The notes under the pieces were generated by a model. It worked only from the letters and a program-made list of their open reading frames with translations, was not told where the DNA came from and ran no database searches. Shown here one piece after another: positions 41,521-54,936 of a stretch of DNA of 64,000 bases; within the stretch, counting starts at the first letter, position 1, and every line of letters starts with the position of its first letter. A program made the position numbers and the translations under genes. The DNA is from Camelus dromedarius. Lineage: Eukaryota. The DNA is taken from assembly GCF_036321535.1 (NCBI RefSeq), contig NC_087437.1, positions 65,598,001 through 65,662,000 of the forward strand, in the 5' to 3' direction.

Positions 41521-42082
41521 AAAAAAGGATATATGTACCCCAATGTTCATAGCAGCACTATTCACAATAGCCAAGACATGGAAACAACCTAAATGTCCAT
41601 CAACAGATAACTGGATAAAGAAACTGTGGTAGATTTATACAATGGAATACTACTCAGCTATAAAAAAAGAATAAAAATGCCATTTGCAGCAACATGGATA
41701 GACATGGAGATTGTCATTCTAACGGAAGCCAGAAAGAGAAAGAAAAATACCATATGATATCACTTCCATGTGGAATCTAAAAAAAAAAGACAAATGAACT
41801 TAATTACAAAACAGAAGCAGACTCACAGACATAGAAAACAAACTTATGGTTACTGGGGGAAAGGGAGAAGGAAGGGATAAATTGAGAATTTGAGATTTGC
41901 AGATACTACTATACATAAAATAGATAAACAAGAGTTTATACTGTATATCACAGGGAATTATATTCAACATCTTGCAGTAACCTATAACAAAAAATAATAT
42001 GAAAACAAATATATGTATGTGTATGTATGACTGAACTATTATGCTGTATACCATTGTAAACTGACTATACTTCAATTAAAAA
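41521..42082 (+). mobile_element. 5'-truncated L1 3' end
   Basis: Highly similar to 40265-40838. Confidence 0.88.
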
Positions 42083-43260
42083 ATTTTTTTTAATATAATG
42101 TAGAATAATCAGAATCACAATTGGATTTTTCATGAAACTTGAGAAAGAGAAGACTAAAGTTCACTTGGAAATACAAACTTGAAAATAACCAACAATTTTT
42201 GAAAAGTGAAATATAAAAGTGGTGGGAGAAGCGTAAAATATTGAAATACATTATAAAATAATTATAATATAGGAAGACATATATTAATGAAATAAAATGT
42301 TAAAAAGAAGCTCAAGTAGATAAAAATAATTGAATATATGATTAAAAGCAACAAACAAATCAGTAAGGGATAAAAAGGCTTATTCCATAACTGGTACTGG
42401 AACAACTGGTTGATCATTCGATAAAATTCAATTCCTATTTCACATCATATAACAATAAAATTCAAGATGGCTTAAAATGTATTACTACAAGAAACATATG
42501 AAGAAAAACTAATAAAATATTACAAATTTGGCAGGATACATATTTATGTAAAATTAAAAGAGCCTTAAAGCTTTTTTACATAACATAGTAAACAAAGTGC
42601 TATAATAGCTTTTTACACGTAACACAGTAGACAAAGTGTTACTATCTTTAGTATATAAGACGTTCTTCTAAGAAAAAGCCAACAACCCAAATGAAATATT
42701 CAAAAGACAACATCAAATTCACTACAGAAGAAATGCAAATAAGCAATAAATACGTTTATGTCTAAAATTCACTACTAAACAATGAAATACAAATTAAAAC
42801 AACCTAAGTTATCATATCTTGCCAATTATATACCCAAAAAATTTTTAAATAATAAAAATTTCCAGGGTCTTCAAAGGTAAAGGGAAACAAGTATTCCATA
42901 AGCTTCTTTATAATTAACAAATAAATATAAACTTCTAATAAAAATATAAACTTGTATAACTTCAGTGAGACTATTTGATTATACGTAACAAAAACCTTAA
43001 AAATATGGTTACTCTGGCTATGAACTTTTCTTAGGAATTTACCATAAGGAAGAAATCTAAATATATAAAGATGTGCACAGGTTATTTATTGTAGTATTTT
43101 GTGAAAGTAAACTATTAGAGTAATTGGGGATTGATTTAAATAAGCTGGAATCCATAACTATAACAGAATTCTAGGCAATCACTCAACAATATGTTGAAAA
43201 AAAAAAAAAAAGTAACCAGACAAGGAAAGATGTTCAGAATGTTTTAAAGAGGAAAAAGTT

Positions 43261-44337
43261 CTATGTCTATGAGTTTCTCATTTTTGTAGCATCCTGCTTC
43301 TTTTCTATTTAGAGTAGAACTGTATTTCTTTTAGCATGGGTTTAGTGTTGCTAAACTTAGTTTTTGCTTGTCTGTGAAGTTCTTTATTTCTCCTTCTATT
43401 CTAAAGGACTGCCTTGCTGGATAAGAGTATTCTAGGCTGCATCTTTTTTTCATTCAGGACTTTGACTCTATCTTGCCACTCCCTTCTGGCCTGTAGTGTT
43501 TGTGTAGAGAAATCAGCTGAGAGACTTATGGGGGTTCCCTTGTAACTCACTCTATGTTTTTTCTCTTGCTGCCTTTAGGCTCATTTCTTTATCCTCGACT
43601 CTGGCCATCTTGATTATGATATGTCTTGGTGTGGGTCTGTTTCGGTTCTTCCTGTTTGGGACCCTCTGAGCCTTCTGTACTTGGATATCTGATTCCTTCT
43701 TTAGGTTTGGGAAGTTTCCAGTCATGATTTCTTCAAAAACCTTTTCAACTCCCTTTGTTCTTTGTTCCCCTTCTGGAACCCCTATTATGCATAGATTGGC
43801 ATGCTTTATATTATCCCATAGATCCCTTATCTTGTTTTCATTGTTTTTTATTTGTTTTTCTCTCAGCTGTTCTGATTGGGTACTTTCTGTTGTCCTGTCT
43901 TCCAGGTCAATTATTCATTTCTCTGAATTATCTAGCCTGCTTTGTACAGCCTTTAGATCAGTTCTCACTCACTTCAGCCAATGAGTTTACCAATTCTATT
44001 TGGTTCTTCTTTATAGGTTCAGTTTCATTTTTGACATATTGTATATCTCTAAACACTGTCTCTTTTAGTTCCTTCAGTACTTTGATCACTCTTTTCTGGT
44101 TGCCAGGGGGACGGGGGATGGGAAGGGACTGGGATTTCAAAATGTAGAACAGATAAACAAGATTGTACTGTGTACCACAGGGAAATATATACAGGATCTT
44201 GTGGTGGCTCACAGTGAAAGAGAATGTGACAATGATTGTATGCATGTTCATGTATAACTGAAAAATTGTGCTCTACACTGGAATTTGACACAACATTGTA
44301 CAATGACTATAACTCAATAAAAAAATGTTTAAAAAAA
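43261..44337 (+). mobile_element. Twin-primed L1 derivative: inverted ORF1 segment (43261-44096) plus direct 3' UTR/poly(A) (44097-44337), with no ORF2
   Basis: TSD core AGGAAAAAGTT at 43250-43260 and 44338-44348 (extends to 15 bp with 1 mismatch). The inverted part aligns to ~29776-30600 and the direct part to ~34832-35068 of the full-length L1. Confidence 0.9.
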
Positions 44338-44859
44338 AGGAAAAAGTTGCAAAGAATGTATGGCTCTCATTTTTATATAAAAACTTTTTACATGTAATCA
44401 TAAGCATAGAAAAACATCTGGAAATAAATGCTATAAACATTAATGGTTGTAATATCTAGGTAAAATAATGTGTTTTTTTTTTCCTTTTTGCTTACCTCTA
44501 TTTTCTAGTTTGTCTACAAGGAATATGCATTAGTTGTAAAATAAAAAATAATGATAATAAAAGTTTAAAAGAAAAAGACTTCTGGATATATTTCAGATAC
44601 TCACTAAATACTTCTTGAATTTAAAGCAACTCACAATGAACCTCAATATAATTGAAAAATTTAAATTTATGCCCTTATTAATATACTTCAAACTCAGATT
44701 TAAAGTCTACAAATATTTCAGTAAGTTATAAATCACTGACAATTATTTATTTTTACTATCATTGCAATGCTGAAACCCTTTTTTAATTATATAAATTAAT
44801 TCCAGTATAAACTTCAAGGTTTTAAATTTATTTGTTGATTAATAAAAATACTAAAGTTC

Positions 44860-47800
44860 TAGTTTCTAGTCTAGCATATAGGCAATTAGAAGTTGTCACT
44901 CCCATCTATACAACAAGAAAAAAGCTAAACAAACTGAAAATCAACAATTTTTCTCAGATCCATCAGAGAACTGAGGTCACAGGGCAAACCAATGCCCTCC
45001 AAAACTGGAGAGGCAGACAGGCAGATATAGAGAATCACAACGTACTGGAGCAGAAACCTCTACATATGAACCAGTACCAGAGTAGGAAAACCTAAAATGT
45101 AATTGACAAATCACTTGCAATTCAGTGTGAACAGGTTTTAAAGTTAAAAACTTCAAGAAGCCCAGTCTTAGTGGTGGAACCTACACTTTAGTGAATTTTA
45201 TCTCCAGAAACCCTGCTGGGTTCTCACAGTGAAGATCAGGGAAAAATTCTGCCTGCACCTGGCAGGGAAAGAGGGGAAAGTAGCCAACTGAAACATGACC
45301 AGATCATTCTGTTCTTCTTAACAAGTACTGCCTTTGAGAGAAACTATTTTACCAAAGCCTAACTGACTGGGGAAAGGAAAATATTCAACTCCAGCCACCT
45401 CTAGTCTTCAAGGTAGAAGAAGGGAAATACTAACTCTGGCCTTCCTGTCTCACCGAAGTGAAAAAAAAAAAAAGAAAAGAGAAGAAAAGAAACTAAAAAG
45501 CACTTGGGAAAGTCACAACCCAAGGGCACAAGCTCAGTAAAAAACTGAGTTCTAGGGTGGAGGGTAGAGCTCAGTGTTAGAGTGCCTGCTTAGCATGCAC
45601 AAGGTCAAAGGTTCAATGCCCAGTACCTCCACTAAAAAATAAATAAATAAATGAACCTAATTACCACCCCCTCCTTAAAAAGAAAAAAAAAAAAAAAAAC
45701 TCAGTTCTAATCACAGGACAATAATACTTCTCCTCCCCTATACCTTACCACCACCATCAATAGTGCTCCTCTATAATAACCAGGGAAAACAACAGAAAGA
45801 ACTATCCAACTCAGATTTCATTTAAGCAGGAGTGTCTAGGGAAATCCAAGGACAACAGGGAAGAGAAAAACAAGGACACCATACTACACTCTGACACTAC
45901 AGCTTCAGCAAACACAAAACATAGGTTAGCACTAGCCATATAAAAGCCTTACACTAGGTAGCTACTTAACTCAGTTCCTTTTTACCCTGTATATCATGTC
46001 TGGCTCTCAGACACAAGGGCCAGACATACTTAAAGACCAAAAAAAAAAAAAAACAGTTTGGAGAGATACGAAGCATCAGAACCAGGTTCAGATATGGCAG
46101 AAAAAGTTTGGAACTATCAGCCTAGTAATTTAAAACAACTGATTAATATGGTAAGGGCTATAAAGGAAAAAGTGGATGATACACAAGAATAGTAGAAGAG
46201 GTGGGTAATATAAAGATGGAAACTCTAAGAATCAAAAACAAAATGCAAAAAATCAGACTGTAAAAACAGAAAGGAAGAATGCTTTTGGTGGGTTCATCAA
46301 AAAACCAGACACAGCTGAGAAAAGAATAAATGAGCTTGAAGAAATGTCAATAGTAACTTCCAAAACTAAAATGCAAAGAGAAAAAAGAATAAAGAAATCA
46401 GAAGAGAATATCCAAGAACTGAGGAGCAATTACAAAAGGTGTAACACACATAATGGGAATATAAGAAAGAGAAGAAAGACATAGAACAAATATTTGAAAC
46501 AATGACTGAGAATTTCCAAAAATTAATTACAGACACCATATTAAAGTTCCAGGAAACTCAGAGAATTCCAAGTAGGATAAATACCAAAAAATCTACACCT
46601 AGGATATCATATTAAAACTGTAGAAAATAAAAGACCAGGAGAAAAATCTTGAAAGAAGCTAGAGAAACAAAACCTTACCCACAGAGAATTAAGGATAAGA
46701 ATTACATTAGATTTCTCTTCAGAACCCATGTAAGCAATAAGAGAATAGAGTAAAATAATTTTAAATGTTTAAAGAAAAAAACCCACCAAACTGGAATTCT
46801 GTATCCAGTGAAATTATCTTCAAAAGTGAGGGAGAAATAAAGATTTTCTCAGACAAGCAAAAACTGAGGGAACTTGTCACCAGTAGACTTGCCTTGCAAG
46901 AAATGTTAGAAGAAATTCTTCAGAATAAAGGAAAATTATATAGGTCAGAAACTTAAATCTATAAAGGAAGAAAAGTAGTGTGTTAGAGAAGGAGTAAATA
47001 AAGGTTAAAAAATTATTTTTCTTAATTGATCTAACAGATCATAGTTTATTCAAAATAATAATAGTGACAATGCGTTCAGTGATTATAACCTATAGATAAG
47101 TGAAATGAATGACAGCAGTGTTACAAGGGACAGGAGGAGATATTTGGAACACTCCGTTATAAGGAACTTGTACTACTCGTGAAGTGATAGAGTGTTATGT
47201 AAAAGAGGACTTGGATTAGTTGTAAATGTATACTGTAAACTCAAGGACAGTAATTTTAAAAAGAAGTACAATTGATAAGCTAAGAAAGGAAAGAAACTGA
47301 ATCATATAAAATGCTCAGTTAAAACCAAAAAAGATAGAAAAAGAGTATAAGACCAAAACAAACCCAAGGAACAAGAGCAACAAATAGAAAATGGTAACAA
47401 GTACAATATATGTTAATCCAACTATATTAATAACCATTTTAAACATTAATAGACTAAATGCACCAATTAAAAGACAGAGGTTGTCAAAGTGGATTAAAAA
47501 AAAATGACCTCAACTATATGTTTTTCACAAGAAACCTACTTTATTTATAAGACACAGATCAATTAAAAGTAAACAAATGGAGAAACATACCAAGCTAACA
47601 CTAATCCAAAGAAAGCAGAAGTAGCTGCATTAATTTCGGGCAAGGCAGATGTCAGAACAAGGAAAATTACCAGGGATAAAGAAGGCCATTACATAATGAT
47701 AATGGGGTCAATTCTCCAAGAAGATGTAGCAATCTTTCATTTATATGCAACTAACAACAAAACATCAAAATATATGAGGCAAAAACTGATAGAACTGCAA

Positions 47801-48200
47801 TTGTAATTGGAGATTCCTATACCTTTCTCTCTCTAATTGACAGATTCAGCAGGCCAAAGTCAAAAGGACAAAAGTTGAACTGAATGATACATCCATTAAC
47901 TAGGTCTAACTGGCATTTGTAGAATAGTTCATCCAACAGCAGCAGAATAAACATTCTTCTCAAACTCATATAAATCATTCACCAAGATAAAACATACTCT
48001 GGACACATATTAACAAATTTTAGAGTATTGAAATTATATAAAGTATGTTATAAAACCACAGTGGAATTAAACTAGAAATCAGTAAGAAAGATAGCTAGGA
48101 AAAAAACCCAAAATACTTGGTTATTAAACAATATACTTCTGAATAATACATTGGTCAAAGAAGAAATCCTAAGAGAAATTTAAAAAGTATTGAAAAGAAA
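44860..48200 (+). mobile_element. Old L1 5' half (5' UTR, decayed ORF1, spacer, EN region)
   Basis: ORF1 remnant FKSEGEIKIFSDKQKLRELVTSRLALQEML; EN-like 'gactaaatgcaccaattaaaagacagag'. Confidence 0.8.
45555..45694 (+). mobile_element. tRNA-derived SINE (camelid Vic-1-like)
   Basis: A/B-box-like motifs, poly(A), TSD AAAAACTGAGTTCTA/AAAAACTCAGTTCTA; similar to 16889-17019. Confidence 0.88.
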
Positions 48201-49619
48201 TTTTAAAATCCTTCAAGACAATTTAGTATCAAAAATTATTCTTAATCTGGAAACAGAAGCGGGATATAATTTGGCAAAAACAACAGAGAAAGCAAAAAGA
48301 AAGGCTGAACAAAGAAAGATGAAAAACCTAGGGAAAGAAATCAATCATGAAAAAAAAAAAGCAACAGTTCATTAGAACTAATGGGCAGAGAGAATTAAAG
48401 GCACAGAAAAAATACCTCAAAATTTTTTTGTAGTGTGAAGTTACAAGGAGAAAGTTGTTTGGTGGTTCTAGCACACTACTACCATTCCTTTAAAAGTAAT
48501 CCTTTTATTGGATTAAGGGGACTAAAAACCTTGGCCCACAGACTTGATGTTAAGTTAGTTTTGCTGCTAGTTCCCCAATAGTCTTTAATCCTGATTCCTT
48601 GAAATCAATCTGTGTATTTGGATTCTTATTTAGTATCACAGTTCTCTTGCATCACTCTTTCCTCTACTCTTCCAAGTTCACTAGCTTTCATTTTGAATCT
48701 TAATCTCTACCTATGTCACACTAACGCAAGCAAATAAAAGCTTTAGACAAATTAATTGCTTTCTGTGACTATGTCTTATGCACCTCCTTGCCTGAATCTC
48801 CACCAGACTCAGTGAGTTAAGTTTCTGAGCATGATTCATGCAACAGCCTGGTCATTCTGTTCCCAAATACAATGCTCTCCTCAAAATATATATTTGCTAA
48901 GGATATTATTTTACCTCATATAATTTTCTTTTATCAAATAATCTATGTTTGCCAGTATAGAAGTGACTAAAAAGAAAGGATTAGAAAAATAGAAGTAAGA
49001 CTATTCCAGCATTGTAAAATATCTGCAGTGATGCAGGCCAGATAATTTCTCTTCTGGAACTTAGTTAAAATAACTGGTTTAGCTGATGTCACACACATAG
49101 TTCAGGAGAAAAATCAGAGTATTATAGGCAGCTTACTTCACTCAGACTAATACAGACACAACAGTGCTTACTATATATTCTCCTAGCTATACAAAAATAC
49201 TAGATATGGTGGGTTTAACTCTCAGAAAAGCATGAGTTACTTCAAATCTTCTATTTACCTGTTGGAATTTAAAAATGGCTGCCTGCCAGGGAGTATTTCA
49301 TGAAGGAAATAAAATCTACATTATCTTCTCAAAATAGGGAAGAAAAGAAAATGTAAATAAGTGGAGAATAGTAAAAATGAAAAGAAAACAAGAAATTGTT
49401 ATACTTATTTAGGATAGTTGTTTTCCAGTACTCTATTTCAAGTATATAATTATACTAAACAATAGTTGTCCAATAACTATATAACAAATTCAAATCAACC
49501 AATATGGATTGTTGGCTGCCAAAAGAAACATTTCTCTTATCTAGGTATTGAACCAAGCCTGATAGCAACATTTTATAGCAACTTTAGCTACAAAACCTAC
49601 TTTAAAAGTAATAAATTGC

Positions 49620-50075
49620 TAAAAGAGAAAAAAAGCAGCCTCTAATAGCTGTTAGCTGGAGCTTGCCTGGCACTAACAGCTATGCCACAGTGTTCTCATG
49701 TTGAACATGAACAATTCCAGAGAAAACCAACATCAAACAAGGCCACTCTCTGAAGCAAGAAACAACAAAATCACTGCAGAATCATGTATGGGTACTGATA
49801 AATAGAACATTGCACAAACTACACTAACGATTAAACGTTCCCCTCATTTAGTTAACATAAGCAACTGCTGCTTCTTTATCAATTACGGCTTTGGCCCCAT
49901 GACATTCCTCTTGCCTCCAGGATGAAAATTCTTAGGATATCAAATGATAGAAATGTCCCCAACTTTATGACAACACTCAATTCATGCTTCTCCCAACTTT
50001 GGTAAAATCACCTAACACAAGCCCAGATCCTGTAACAAGCCCTTCCTAAAATCTTACTGAGATAGTTAATGGTAT
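49620..50075 (+). mobile_element. Probable old ERV1-class LTR fragment
   Basis: Motif resemblance only ('gcttgcctggcac', 'caaggccactct', 'aaatcacctaacacaagccc'); ends uncertain. Confidence 0.45.
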
Positions 50076-50920
50076 GCTAAAACTGATTGGTTATTTGGAG
50101 AAAAAAATTATTTTAGAGTCCCACTATATAACCAAATTCTGACTGGATAAAAAAGTTAAATTATAAAAGATCAAAACACTAGAAAAAAACAGAAATAAAT
50201 ATTTAACCAAAACTCTGAATTTTAGAGGCATTCTCTTCCTTTGGAGATAAACAAATTAATCAATAGATTTGGCCATACAAAAAATATAGATAAATAAATA
50301 AATATTATATATAAACAAAAATCATGAACAAGCGAAAATGAACTGAACTAGGGAATATTTTCACAAAAATATAGCAGACGAAAGATTAATATATTTAATG
50401 TATAAAAATGTTAGACAAACTAATAGAAAATTACTAACAATCAACAGATAAGAGAGTAAAAGATACGAAAAAACAATTCATGAAAGAAGAATCTCAACTG
50501 GTTAATAAATATATGGGAAATTATCAAGGAAATTAAATAATCAAAAAATATAAATTAAAATTACATAAATTCTATTTTTTTTCATCTACTGAATTAGAAA
50601 ATATATTTTTTAATATCTAAAGCTGGTGACTGTATCATTAAACTGGCAGTTATATATTACTAAAGTGAGTTTAAATTGATGAATCCTTTTGGGAAGTAAT
50701 TCAGCAATACATATAATCCAACTATTTTACCTCTAAAAATATAGTCTTGGGAAATAATACTAAATATGCTGAAGGCTTAACGCTCACAGACATTCATAAC
50801 AGCATTATTAAAAGAATGGAAAAAATTAAAACAGCCTCCATTTCCACTAATAACCAAAGAGTGCATCCCCTAAATGGACTGTTATAAAGCCATTAAGCTT
50901 ATGTTAAGAAAAAACTTAGA

Positions 50921-51050
50921 CTATGAAAACGAATATATGTATCTACATGTATGACTGGAACATTGTGCTGCACACCAGAAATTGACACATTGTAACTGAC
51001 AGTACTTCAATTAAAAAAATTTTAAATATAAAAGTATTAAAATTAAAAAA
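50921..51050 (+). mobile_element. Very short L1 3'-terminal insertion
   Basis: Last ~90 nt of the L1 3' UTR plus an A-rich tail; similar flanks aagaaaaaactta/aaaaaaaaactca. Confidence 0.75.
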
Positions 51051-51186
51051 AAAACTCATCACAACATGAAATAAAACATTTATGTTTAATGATAAGCAAA
51101 AAAGTCCTAGGGTGTAGAATTCTATATAAGATCAATAACACATACCAAAATACAACTGAGATTGAACATATAGTACAATATATAAC

Positions 51187-51870
51187 ACTGAACAAGGTAT
51201 GCCAACAGAACTCTGTCCCACAAACTCTGCAGCAATCAGCCCAGGAAACCGAACTACAATCCCTGCAGCAACCATTCCAGGAAGCCAAACCACAACCTCT
51301 GAAGCTATTATCCCAGAACATTAGGACTTGGTCAATGACTGTCAGGTTCCTTAATTTTTGGTAGGCCCCTCCTCCATCACACTTCAACCTCAGTACTAAT
51401 GAGAAAGCCAAATATGACTCCCAAACCAGTCATAAAGATGCCCCACTTATAGTCAGTCTGCCTACAGCTTCCCATTCCAACAACCTCCAATAAGAGCATA
51501 CCTGACAATATCTTGTAGTAACACAGTTAAAAAAAATATGAAAAGGAATATATGTATGTTCCTATATGACATATTGTGCTGTTCACCAGAAGTTGACACA
51601 ACATTGTAAACTGACTATATACTTCAATAAAAATATACTTTAAAAAAAAAAAACCTAAGGGAAAAATAAAGAAATAGGTAGATTAAAAAAAAAAAAAAAC
51701 AGAGCATACCTGAAGCCTAAGCTTTTTTTCACTATAAAGCTTCCCCCACTCCCTTGCTGGCCTTTGAGTCTTTGCCAAATGCAAGTAATGGTGGCTGACT
51801 CCCTTACTATAACAAACTTTGAAAAAGCAGCCTCTGTTCTCATTTGGGTGGTCATTTATTTTCACATAAC
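51187..51870 (+). mobile_element. ERV1-class (MER39/MER34-like) solo LTR with a nested L1 fragment
   Basis: Internal repeats 'ctgcagcaa...ccaggaa', TATAAA at ~51733; interrupted at a 13-bp TSD. Confidence 0.55.
51506..51700 (+). mobile_element. Short L1 3' end with a 31-nt 3' transduction and two poly(A) tails
   Basis: Perfect TSD AGAGCATACCTGA at 51493-51505 and 51701-51713. Confidence 0.85.
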
Positions 51871-52059
51871 AAAAAATTAAACATAAAAAATACTGAAATA
51901 AAATGTACCCTCCCAAATCACTAATCATTACCTGTACCTGAGGATTCAAAGTATGAATTTGAATAATTTGGGAGTGTTTTTCTCTCTACTCTGCTGTATT
52001 TTCTGTTACAAGCATGTTTATATTTATAATGGAAATGTAACTTTTCATAAAAATACCTG

Positions 52060-52430
52060 ATGGACTATTACTCAGCAATAAAAAAGAGACAAATTTCTGA
52101 TACATTCAACAACAAAGACAAATCTCAAAAACACTATGTTACATGAAAGAAGACACACAGACAATATATACATATGGTATGATTCTATTTATATGAAGTC
52201 CAAAAACAGGCAAAACTAAGCTATGGTGATAAAAGTAAAAAATGTGTTGCCCCTGGAAAGAAGTGGAAGTTGGAAACTGACTGGAAAGGGGCAGGAAGAA
52301 ATTTTAAGAAAATTTAAGATATCCTATATCATATTTTGACTGATGTTTACATAAGTACATATAGCTATGAAAACTCACTGAACTGAGCACTTAAAATCTA
52401 TGAATTTTAGTATGTGTAAATTATATCTCA
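52060..52430 (+). mobile_element. Old L1 3' end
   Basis: 'gactattactcagcaataaaaaag', 'aacaggcaaaactaagctatggtga'. Confidence 0.7.
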
Positions 52431-53349
52431 AGTTCTTCCTTCCCTGCTTTTTCCTATGTTGCTTTCAGCTGTCAACTCTCAAGTGTTCAGCTCTTAGCAC
52501 CCTAATCTCTCAAAATTTATCTTTAACTCTAAGTTTTTTAAACCTATAGCTCTCCTCAGAATAAAATACATGAGCGTGTGAAAATGTTTAATTTAAATAA
52601 AAATTTTATGGTAAATGTATGTATGATAAAAGTAATAAATGCTTTGTATGAAGACAGAAATTAGGTTATCAAATAGCATAATTTGAAGATAATTCTATGA
52701 GGATTATGCTGAGCAGATCAAGATTAAACACCTTTTAATCCTTTTAAGAGGCAATGAATAAAAAAAAGAATCTATGACTTAAAAGAGTTATTTTGATATG
52801 TTAATAGTCCCAATGAGAGTATTAGACTCATTAGGAGAATGAAAATTGTGACAAAATAAATATATTTTAAACATTTTCCAGGTTTTTTTCATTTTAGAAT
52901 AAAAGAGCTTTTAGCCGAGAGAATAGAAATAGAAAATAAAGTAAGCAAAGGACAAAGAGCAAAACAGCAAATACACTAAAAATGATGCAAAAACACTAGA
53001 AATACAAACAGGAGGGAAGAAGCAAAGAATTTAAGCCATTTTTAAAATTTCATTAAAAAAAGAATAAAAGAGGAAGTTTCATAAAAGTTACAAAAAATAA
53101 AGTATACATGATGCAAATCATTAATCACACAAAAATATAAATGGTTCATATAGTGTGAGATGGCCTTGCCAACTCATTCCAAAAAAAAAAAATGGCCCAG
53201 CTAAAAAGTGCCTAATATAGACTTATACATAAAATAGGCCTTCAATAAATAAGTACATAATAAATAATGTACATAATAAGTAAATGAAATCACCTAATGC
53301 CTAGGGTAATACCTAATATCTGTGTCAAAAGAAAAGAGTACTGAATATT

Positions 53350-53841
53350 GATCAGTCTGAAATATATAGAAATTCTAATCACTATGTTGTGTTACAGGAA
53401 CTAACGTAATGTTTAGGTCAGTTATACTTCAAAAACAAACAAACAAACTCATAGAAAAAGAGATCAGATTTGTGGTTACTAGAGGCAGAGGGTATGGTGT
53501 GAAGTTGGTTGGGAGGAACTGGATGAAGGCAGTCAAAAGGTACAAACTTCTGACTATAAGATAAATAAGTACTAGGGATGCAAAGTACAACATGATAAAT
53601 ACAATTTAACACTGCTGTGTTATATACGAAAGTTGTTAGGAGAGTAAATTCTAAGAGTTGTCATCACAAGAAAACAAATTTTTTCTCTCTCTCTTTAATT
53701 TTGTAATTATATGAGATGATGGACGTTCACTACACTTACTGTAATAATCACTTAATGATGTATGTAAATCAAATTATTATCCGTACATCTTAAACTTATA
53801 CAGGGCTATATATCAATTATACCTCAATAACATCAAAATAA
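53350..53841 (+). mobile_element. L1 3' UTR insertion with an 18-bp TSD
   Basis: TSD AAAAGAGTACTGAATATT/AAAAGAGTATTGAACATT (53332-53349, 53842-53859); 3' UTR similar to 9230-9600. Confidence 0.85.
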
Positions 53842-54936
53842 AAAAGAGTATTGAACATTACCTCAAATAACAAAGGAATTCTGGCTAAGATGAAACTGGA
53901 AAAATCAAAGAAATCTCTTACTGCCTTCCAATTCAGTTCTTCAAGTATATTTAGCCTATTAATCTGAATCTTGGATATCCTACAACTTAGAAGAAATCTA
54001 AGTTAATAGACTTGACCAATCCACTTTTAGCTTCTTGCTATATAAGTATTGTTTAGTGAGTCCTTGCAAATGTTTGATTTTTTTCATCTTTTAGTTAAGA
54101 GATATGTGCAACTGTATCCCATACTATTCCTCCAGTAACCTATTTCATAGATAAAAGTTAATACCATTGAGTACAACCTAAAGAATCTACTCCACTCTTA
54201 TTATTCACTATTATATATCCTATGTCTTCTCTGTTTTCCTCTTTTCTAATATTCTCAGGGCAATCGACTCCACAGTGGCAACATAAAGTAGGAATAGCTC
54301 AGGCTGACTTAAAATATTACTTTTCCAATTCCTTAAAAGATGTAACCATCTCTAGAAATAACTTTTAAGTCTACTTTTCATCTTGTAGTACACTGTACAG
54401 CTCACCTAGTTCCTCATATCTAGTCCTCCAGTTCAGAAAGGAATCAGAGTTCTGTTTCCAACAACACACACAAAAGCACAAGATAGCTGATCTTAAAACA
54501 AACTCTATGACATTCTACAAACTGAACTAAAAAATAAGCTCGTCAGGTGAAAATGAAAAGTGGACTTAGTTTTGATCCTAATCCAAACAATTCAATTATA
54601 AAATGATACTATTGGATAATTAAAGAAATTTAAACATTAACTGCATATTAGATTATATAAAGAACTTTTGTTAATGTTTTTAGGTGTGACAATGGTTTGG
54701 GGTTTATATTTTTAAAAGGAGGGGGGAAGTCTTCATCTGATCTATGAAATTTTGACATATAAAATGGTATAATGTCTGGGATTTGCATTAAAATAACGAA
54801 ATGGGAGATGAAGACTTCCAAAGTTAGTAATTGTTGAAGCTGGGAGTTAATACTATCGTCTCTGTTCTTGTTATTTTGTTTTCCATAAAATAACTGAAGA
54901 AAAAAAAAAAAGACAGGAGTAAGTAATGAGCATCTT

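Noticed and set aside
51043..51411. 122-aa Cys-rich and 91-aa Gln-rich ORFs
   Set aside because: They overlap the internal repeats of an LTR, with no splice or homology support.
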